A stretch of 64,000 nt of DNA, from the IMG/VR virus record IMGVR_UViG_3300013105_000843, positions 32,001 to 96,000 of that record. One strand, given 5' to 3'. A program made the translations under genes and the position numbers. Shown piece after piece: positions 58,467 to 64,000 of this stretch (positions within the stretch are counted from its first letter, which is position 1; every line of letters starts with the position of its first letter). Origin of the DNA: a virus. Taxonomy: Duplodnaviria; Caudoviricetes. Below the pieces are notes generated by a model. It saw only the letters and a program-made list of their open reading frames with translations, did not search any database and was not told the origin of the DNA.

Positions 58467-59531
58467 TCAGCGGCCTGGCTCGCACACGGGTGTGCCCGCC
58501 GGCACGAAGGTGCCGAGCAACCCCGCGGCCTTTAGCGCCTTGCGGCAGCCCGTGTCTTCAAACAGCGGCCCTGCCTCGCGCAGCCCGTCCGGGCGCAGCA
58601 CGTTGCCCCACTTGTCATAGCGCCGGCCGGGTGTGAGCGCCGGCGGCAGCCGCACCGCGGTGATGCCGGCTGCGCGCCGCACGTCCTCGACGCTGAGCGT
58701 CGTCATCTCCGCGGCCCAGTGGTGCGCCGCGCAGACCGCCGCGCCGTTCTCGACGTAGTAGCCGCCATCGCTCCAGAGCTTGCGCTCGAGGATGTGGTGC
58801 GCGTCGACGGCGGGTGCCGGACAGAACACGCAGCGCCCGTGCGAGCGTGCCTTCACCTGGCGGTCGAATTCGTCGCGGGTGAGCAGTGTCATCACCCCCT
58901 CCCTGGCCCGCAGCCTGTTCGGCACGATGGCTGCGTGCATCCAGTGCTCGTCGGTTTGCACGTGTTCCGCTCGCACCCACTTCGCGTACGCGCGGCCAAA
59001 GTCCTCAAAACGGATGCGGCCGGCGCGCCGCATCACGAGCCCCTCTTCCTGCGTGGTATCCAGCTCGCGCACGAGCCGGTGAAGCACGCCCTCGTCGAAC
59101 TCGCCGCGCCACACTTCGGGGACCGGCGTGACGTCAAGCAGCGCGAACACCTCGAGCGTGTCGTCCCAGGCGAGCGCCGTATTGGTCTCGTCCCACACCG
59201 AGAAGCCCATGAAGTAGCTCGGCAGGTCCGTGTACGCGAGCGAGTGCCGCGCATAGAGGTTTTCGCCGCAGATGCGCCAGCCGTGCGGAATCTCGTGCGC
59301 AAAGCGCGCATGCCAGCCCGCGAGCCAGTCGCGTGACGGGTGATGCCGGCTGTCGATGGACTTGGCGTGGAAGCCGTCGCGATACAGGCTCGTGTTCTCG
59401 CCGTCGCGCTTGAGGGTGACGACGACCTCCTCGCCGCGAAAGTGCGCGAGCGAGCGAAGCGTCTTGTCGTCGGAGGTGGCGCCCGGCGAGAACGGCATGT
59501 GCGGGGTGCGCGGATATTTCTGTCGGCCCAT
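58467..59531 (-). CDS. ATP-dependent RNA ligase-family domain fused to an HNH nuclease
   Basis: KYPRTPH, KRDGEN (KxDG), GENLYA.HS, EGLV and AKWVR; then CVFC..DAHHI..NGAAVC..HH. Confidence 0.85.
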   Translation of the reverse strand: MGRQKYPRTPHMPFSPGATSDDKTLRSLAHFRGEEVVVTLKRDGENTSLYRDGFHAKSIDSRHHPSRDWLAGWHARFAHEIPHGWRICGENLYARHSLAYTDLPSYFMGFSVWDETNTALAWDDTLEVFALLDVTPVPEVWRGEFDEGVLHRLVRELDTTQEEGLVMRRAGRIRFEDFGRAYAKWVRAEHVQTDEHWMHAAIVPNRLRAREGVMTLLTRDEFDRQVKARSHGRCVFCPAPAVDAHHILERKLWSDGGYYVENGAAVCAAHHWAAEMTTLSVEDVRRAAGITAVRLPPALTPGRRYDKWGNVLRPDGLREAGPLFEDTGCRKALKAAGLLGTFVPAGTPVCEPGR

Positions 59532-59567
59532 TGCCTCTGTCCTGGTCTTCAAAACAGCCTGCGTATC

Positions 59568-59737
59568 AAAGTCAATTTACGGACAGCAGGCTTGCCCCTT
59601 CATCACACCGCCCGCCCTGTCCGCGGTTTTCGGTCTATCCGGATTCGGCTATTCCGATATGGAAATTCCGAAAAGCGCGGGCAAAAAATCGAGCAGCCAG
59701 GTCGGTGGCGCGGGATGGCTGTCCGTAAATTGACTTT
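59568..59737. repeat. perfect 20-bp inverted repeat enclosing a long hairpin
   Basis: AAAGTCAATTTACGGACAGC (59568-59587) and GCTGTCCGTAAATTGACTTT (59718-59737). Confidence 0.85.
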
Positions 59738-59764
59738 CGCCGCTCGACACCTGAGGCGCTCGGG

Positions 59765-60109
59765 TTAGCTGGCCGGCGACTCCGCCGAGTTTTGCGCCCG
59801 CTGCTCGAGGTCCCGGACATCATGGAACACCACCACCGAGTCGAACAGGAAACACGTAAGCTGATAAAACGCGGCGAGTACCGCGACAATCACCAGCTCG
59901 CTACCCACGCGGGGCATGGCGGATACCAGAAGCGTGGAGAACAGCAGCGTGGCAAAGGCCAGAGTGTTCGTTGCGAGATGCGCGATTCGCTCGTCCATCG
60001 GCAGCGTCCGACGCAGCAGGGCTCGCTCGCGCAGGAGCCGATACTGCATCAATCGCTGGTAGCGCGCTTCCATGCGCTGGGAATCGAGTCGGCTGAGGTT
60101 CATGTGCAC
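59765..60109 (-). CDS. 2-TM membrane protein
   Basis: AGGAG RBS; two hydrophobic helices. Confidence 0.6.
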   Translation of the reverse strand: MHMNLSRLDSQRMEARYQRLMQYRLLRERALLRRTLPMDERIAHLATNTLAFATLLFSTLLVSAMPRVGSELVIVAVLAAFYQLTCFLFDSVVVFHDVRDLEQRAQNSAESPAS

Positions 60110-60199
60110 TCCTTTTGTTGAGGTTCCCCGTATAGCCCCGCTACGGGGCCATCACGCACACGCGCCTCGCCATTCGCCCGCCGCTCAATGCCCCGTCGC

Positions 60200-60430
60200 T
60201 TAGACTGCCGACGAAATGAAGAACGCCAGCGGCAGGAGCGCACTCCCCAACACCGCCAGCGTCACATTGCCGGTCAGCAAAATTGCGACGTAGCTTGCGT
60301 TCGCGTCGAGGCGGCCAAACCGCACCCCGTACCGGAACGCCAGCAGCCAGCACACGACCGCGTAGAGCGCGAACAGCGCCACCGCGCCGAGCGGGATAGC
60401 CACGGAAACATTCGACTTCTTAAGCATCAC
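60200..60430 (-). CDS. small membrane protein
   Basis: Hydrophobic 76-aa ORF with AGGAG RBS. Confidence 0.5.
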   Translation of the reverse strand: MMLKKSNVSVAIPLGAVALFALYAVVCWLLAFRYGVRFGRLDANASYVAILLTGNVTLAVLGSALLPLAFFISSAV

Positions 60431-60668
60431 GTTCTCCTTTTATTGCGACCGGCGAAGGCCGCGTGACCTTTCTGGCCAAGCCCATAAATCCGTAAACAGT
60501 GAGCGCGCCGAGCACGACCGCCAGGCCATAGCCCCATCCATCATGTGTCACGCTCGCGCGGCCCAAGTGCAGGCCCGCACCCCAACCCATCAGGATTAGG
60601 GCGGCAAGCTGGTGTCGCCGACGGTCGCCCTTCTCCGCCACTACCCGTCCGTTCATGCGTTGACCCAC
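60420..60668 (-). CDS. small membrane protein
   Basis: 2 TM segments, directly after the parM-like gene. Confidence 0.5.
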   Translation of the reverse strand: MGQRMNGRVVAEKGDRRRHQLAALILMGWGAGLHLGRASVTHDGWGYGLAVVLGALTVYGFMGLARKVTRPSPVAIKGERDA

Positions 60669-60672
60669 TTGT

Positions 60673-61800
60673 TCAGATGTCGTCGCTCTCGGCGGTCGCC
60701 GCCACAGCAGGCGTCGCGGCTGCCGCAGCCGACGCGCTGGCCACCGGCGCTACCTTGGCTTCGTAGCGCAGCACGGTCAGCGCCGGCAGCTCGGTATCCG
60801 CGCGCGGCACCGGCTTTACCTTTGCGTGGGCCTCGCCCGCCGCCTGAAAGCCCTTGACGGTCGCGAGTTGCGCATCGCCCAGCACATACACAGTGTGGTC
60901 CTTGTACGCGTTCACGAGCGTGCGGGCGAAGATGGGCTGGCCGCCACCGAACATGATGATGTTGTCGATGTCCGCACCATCGCCCGCGATGTTGCGCATG
61001 TAGTTCACGCTGCCTTCGATGGCCGGCTTCGCGTACCGGATGTGCTCGAGCAGGTCTTCGGTCTTGCCGTTGATTTTGATGCGCCGGCGCGCGATGGCCT
61101 TGTCCGCTGCCGTCAGGTTGTCGTACTTGACGCCAAACTTGTTCGACAGCGACTCACAGATGGCGCGCAACACCTTCGACACGCCGCCCGGATGCGCGCT
61201 GCTGCGCGCGTCGTTGATTTTCTTGCCGTTGGTCAGCAGGAAATCGAACGTCAGATAGCCCGGGTCGACCAGCAGGTTCGTCTCCTCGTCCAGGAACTCG
61301 AACTCGGGCCGCTGCTTCGCCTGCGACAGGCAGTAGTACAGCCCGCCCATCGGCTGCGGCAGCACCAGCACATCCTTCACCGTCACGGTCGTCGCGTCGT
61401 TGATTTTGTGCTCGCCCACGCACAGCGCCTTCAGGTCGTTCGCGCGATGAATCGTGGTGAGCGGCAGGCCGACGACCAGCAGGTCGATGACCGGCTCGCC
61501 GATGTAGTGCAGCGCGCCGTAGAAGACGGCCTTGTACTGGTCGCTGTAGATGTACGAATCGGAGAGGTTGCGCGTGCTGTCGTTGCTGTCGAGGTCCGCG
61601 CTGTCCGGGCCGACCTCGTAGAGCGTGCCTTCGACATTCACCACCACCGTATCGCGCTGGCCCAGCAGCGCATTCGACAGGTCGCGCCCCGTATGACGCG
61701 GGGCGAGTGACGGAAAGCTCAGAAACTCGAGCTTGCCGTCGACCAGACGGGCATATTTGGCAAAACCGGAGCCAAGGTCGAGCGGGCGGACGACAGCCAT
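60673..61800 (-). CDS. ParM/StbA-family actin-like ATPase
   Basis: LDLGSGFAK, VVGLP, V.PQP.GG, VDPGYLTFD and FGGG; promoter TTGCCA-17 nt-TATACT at 61828-61856. Confidence 0.88.
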   Translation of the reverse strand: MAVVRPLDLGSGFAKYARLVDGKLEFLSFPSLAPRHTGRDLSNALLGQRDTVVVNVEGTLYEVGPDSADLDSNDSTRNLSDSYIYSDQYKAVFYGALHYIGEPVIDLLVVGLPLTTIHRANDLKALCVGEHKINDATTVTVKDVLVLPQPMGGLYYCLSQAKQRPEFEFLDEETNLLVDPGYLTFDFLLTNGKKINDARSSAHPGGVSKVLRAICESLSNKFGVKYDNLTAADKAIARRRIKINGKTEDLLEHIRYAKPAIEGSVNYMRNIAGDGADIDNIIMFGGGQPIFARTLVNAYKDHTVYVLGDAQLATVKGFQAAGEAHAKVKPVPRADTELPALTVLRYEAKVAPVASASAAAAATPAVAATAESDDI

Positions 61801-61986
61801 AGGTCACCTCAAATTTTGGTAGCTTTTAGTATAGCATTTTGAGATTGTATTGGCAAGTTTCAGGTTAACTTAGGCAGGACTCGCGCATGACTTGCAGATG
61901 AGCGTAATTATGATATACGTCGACGCACCAGCTTAGCACGGGCGCGCGCGACAAGCAGGCGTAGCCCGCTGGCCGCGGCGCCATAC

Positions 61987-62541
61987 TCACGCCGCTACCG
62001 CCTGCTCCGGGGTCGTTTCCGCTGCTGGCAGTTGCGTGGCCCAGTCCCGGTGCATCCGCGCGTGAAATACGGTGAGCGCGGGCGGCGTGTAATACCAAAA
62101 CTCATCGAGCACGATGAATTGCGCCCGCACAAACCGGGTGAGACGCCGCGCAAGCTTGCGACCAATCAGGGTTTCGAGCTGCGCCTTCGGCCAGCCGAGC
62201 ACCCGCGGACTGGATGCAGCAAACACTCCGTCGCCCGCGCCCATCGTCGGGCCGCGCGCCACCAGTGTCGCCAGCCGGTTCAGTTCCGCGCCAGAGTAGC
62301 CGGCCCGGTACAGCCGGCGGCGCAGCTTCGTCCTCGAGAGCCTCGCGGGCGGCCGCTGCCGCGTCGACGTCGGTGTGCACGGCGGACTGACGCACTCGGT
62401 CACGCGATAGAAGGCGTCGGGATGCGTGTCGCGCGTCGGCGGCACGTCCGTCGCATCGTTCATCCAGGCATCGTGGTCGTAGTCGGGTTTCCAGCTCACG
62501 CGTACCACCTGGTCGCGCGGCATGATGCGTTTGTGGCTCAT
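61987..62541 (-). CDS. hypothetical protein
   Basis: GAGGA RBS, 184 aa. Confidence 0.55.
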   Translation of the reverse strand: MSHKRIMPRDQVVRVSWKPDYDHDAWMNDATDVPPTRDTHPDAFYRVTECVSPPCTPTSTRQRPPARLSRTKLRRRLYRAGYSGAELNRLATLVARGPTMGAGDGVFAASSPRVLGWPKAQLETLIGRKLARRLTRFVRAQFIVLDEFWYYTPPALTVFHARMHRDWATQLPAAETTPEQAVAA

Positions 62542-62562
62542 GGTGATGTGTCCTCGATGGGG

Positions 62563-63078
62563 TCAACTCTGTTCGATGCCGTACAGCCGCTGGCACCCTG
62601 CGCGGGCGCGCGTTTCCTCGGCCGCCTGCCGCAGGTACTCCTGCTCGCTGGCCCAGGAAAACATCGCGTCGGACTCGCCGGAGGTGAAGCGCCGGTTCGC
62701 CGCGCGCACCTGGTCGCGATAAGCGACGAGCCCCGGTGTTTTCTCGCAAAGCTCCGCCAGCTCCAGGCATTCGCTTTCTGCGAGCCAGTCATAGTCCTCG
62801 GCGACCAGGTGCAGCAGCGAGATGAGTGGGCGCACGAATGCGAGCCAAAAAACGACCGCGCCCAGCAAACCGCAGGCAGAGGAATGCACCACCAGCATGA
62901 CCCAGTTTAGGGGGCAGACGGGCGCATGCCCCCGACTCAGCCCCCGGCCGGCTGCCCAGGCAGCCGCGGCAAAGCCCGCGAGCACGAGCATCCCGCGAAC
63001 CAGGCCGCCAATACGGCGACGCCGGTTGATGACTGCCTCGTCGAGCAGGCGCATCGAAAATTCAGCGGTTTGTTCCAT
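62563..63078 (-). CDS. 2-TM hypothetical protein
   Basis: GAGGA RBS, two TM segments. Confidence 0.6.
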   Translation of the reverse strand: MEQTAEFSMRLLDEAVINRRRRIGGLVRGMLVLAGFAAAAWAAGRGLSRGHAPVCPLNWVMLVVHSSACGLLGAVVFWLAFVRPLISLLHLVAEDYDWLAESECLELAELCEKTPGLVAYRDQVRAANRRFTSGESDAMFSWASEQEYLRQAAEETRARAGCQRLYGIEQS

Positions 63079-63101
63079 AGGATTCCTCTCAATTTTTCAG
63101 T

Positions 63102-64000
63102 TCAACAGGTCGGCAGGTACTCGCCCGTCACCGGGTCCTTCCGCTCACCGAGGCCGACCTCCCCGACCGGCAGGACCGCGCCGCCTGACGCCTGCCGTGG
63201 CTGGCCGGGGCCCGCGCCGAGATGCGTGCGCGCAAGCTCCGTCACGATGCGCCCGCGAGGCGTGCGCTGCAGGAAGCCCTGCTGAATCAGGAATGGTTCG
63301 ACCGCATCCTCCAGCGTGTCGCGCGCTTCGCTGAGGGCCGCGGCCAACGTGTCGATGCCCACCGGGCCTCCGTCATAGAACTCGACCATCGCCTGCAGCA
63401 GGCGCCGGTCCAGGGCATCGAGCCCCCGCGCGTCGACACCGAGCATCGCAAGTGCGGCGGCCGCGTCGTCGACGCTCACTTCCACCGCGCTGCCACCACG
63501 CACCTGCGCATAATCACGCACGCGCCGCAGCAGCCGGTTCGCAATGCGTGGCGTGCCGCGAGAGCGCCGCGCCACCTCCAGCGCCGCATACGGCGTCATC
63601 ACCACACCGAGCAACCCCGCCGAGCGCGCGACAATCCGTGCCAGCTCGTCGTCGCTGTAAAACTCCAGCCGGCCGGTAATGCCGAAACGGTCGCGCAGCG
63701 GCGCCGACAGGCTGCCCGCGCGCGTGGTGGCGCCCACGAGGGTGAACGGCTCGAGCGGCACACTCACCGACCGGGCCTGCTCCCCTTCACCGACCAGGAT
63801 GTCGAGCCGGCAGTCTTCCATCGCCGAATACAGCACCTCTTCAACGACGGAGGGCAGCCGGTGAATCTCGTCAATGAACAGCACGTCTCCCCGCCCCAGG
63901 CCCGTGAGCAGCGCCGCGAGGTCGCCCGCGCGCTCGAGCACGGGGCCCGAGGTCGTGCGCAGGTTCGCGCCCAGCTCGACCGCGATGATTTGCGCAAGCG
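63102..64000 (-). CDS. ruvB: Holliday junction branch migration helicase RuvB (5' end outside the window)
   Basis: [39 protein letters not shown] and EPFLIQ.G...RTPRGR. Confidence 0.95.
   Translation of the reverse strand, partial: LAQIIAVELGANLRTTSGPVLERAGDLAALLTGLGRGDVLFIDEIHRLPSVVEEVLYSAMEDCRLDILVGEGEQARSVSVPLEPFTLVGATTRAGSLSAPLRDRFGITGRLEFYSDDELARIVARSAGLLGVVMTPYAALEVARRSRGTPRIANRLLRRVRDYAQVRGGSAVEVSVDDAAAALAMLGVDARGLDALDRRLLQAMVEFYDGGPVGIDTLAAALSEARDTLEDAVEPFLIQQGFLQRTPRGRIVTELARTHLGAGPGQPRQASGGAVLPVGEVGLGERKDPVTGEYLPTC

Noticed and set aside
59568-59737. Complete retron
   Set aside because: The geometry is reminiscent, but no reverse transcriptase motif is seen in any ORF in the window.

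Overview
GC-rich 64-kb stretch that reads like a large extrachromosomal element (megaplasmid or phage-plasmid, probably from a Burkholderiales host; inferred), not a core chromosome. Most genes are on the minus strand. Dozens of short hypothetical genes are interspersed with isolated copies of nucleotide-supply and DNA-maintenance genes: thymidine kinase, T4-type dNMP kinase, class II-like ribonucleotide reductase, UDG-family glycosylase, RNase HI, NAD-dependent ligase, RuvB, ParM-like actin and an ArdC-like protein. The strongest signals are: (1) a complete self-encoded trans-translation module, i.e. a circularly permuted two-piece tmRNA gene (about 30945-31256, tag ANDSRYLAVA) with its own promoter and terminator, plus smpB 1 kb downstream; (2) apparent near-total absence of GATC in the window, together with an orphan BglII/BstYI-family nuclease with no methylase; (3) an RNA-repair cassette (RNA ligase-HNH fusion plus HD/kinase) preceded by a 170-nt rod closed by a perfect 20-bp inverted repeat; (4) two tandem candidate sRNAs sharing a 3' structure; (5) several apparent pseudo-enzymes, a tandem SymE/AbrB-repeat protein, a SLOG-macro-DUF4326 fusion and a PspA/YjfK-type envelope cluster. 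All family calls come from motif recognition by eye; no searches were run.
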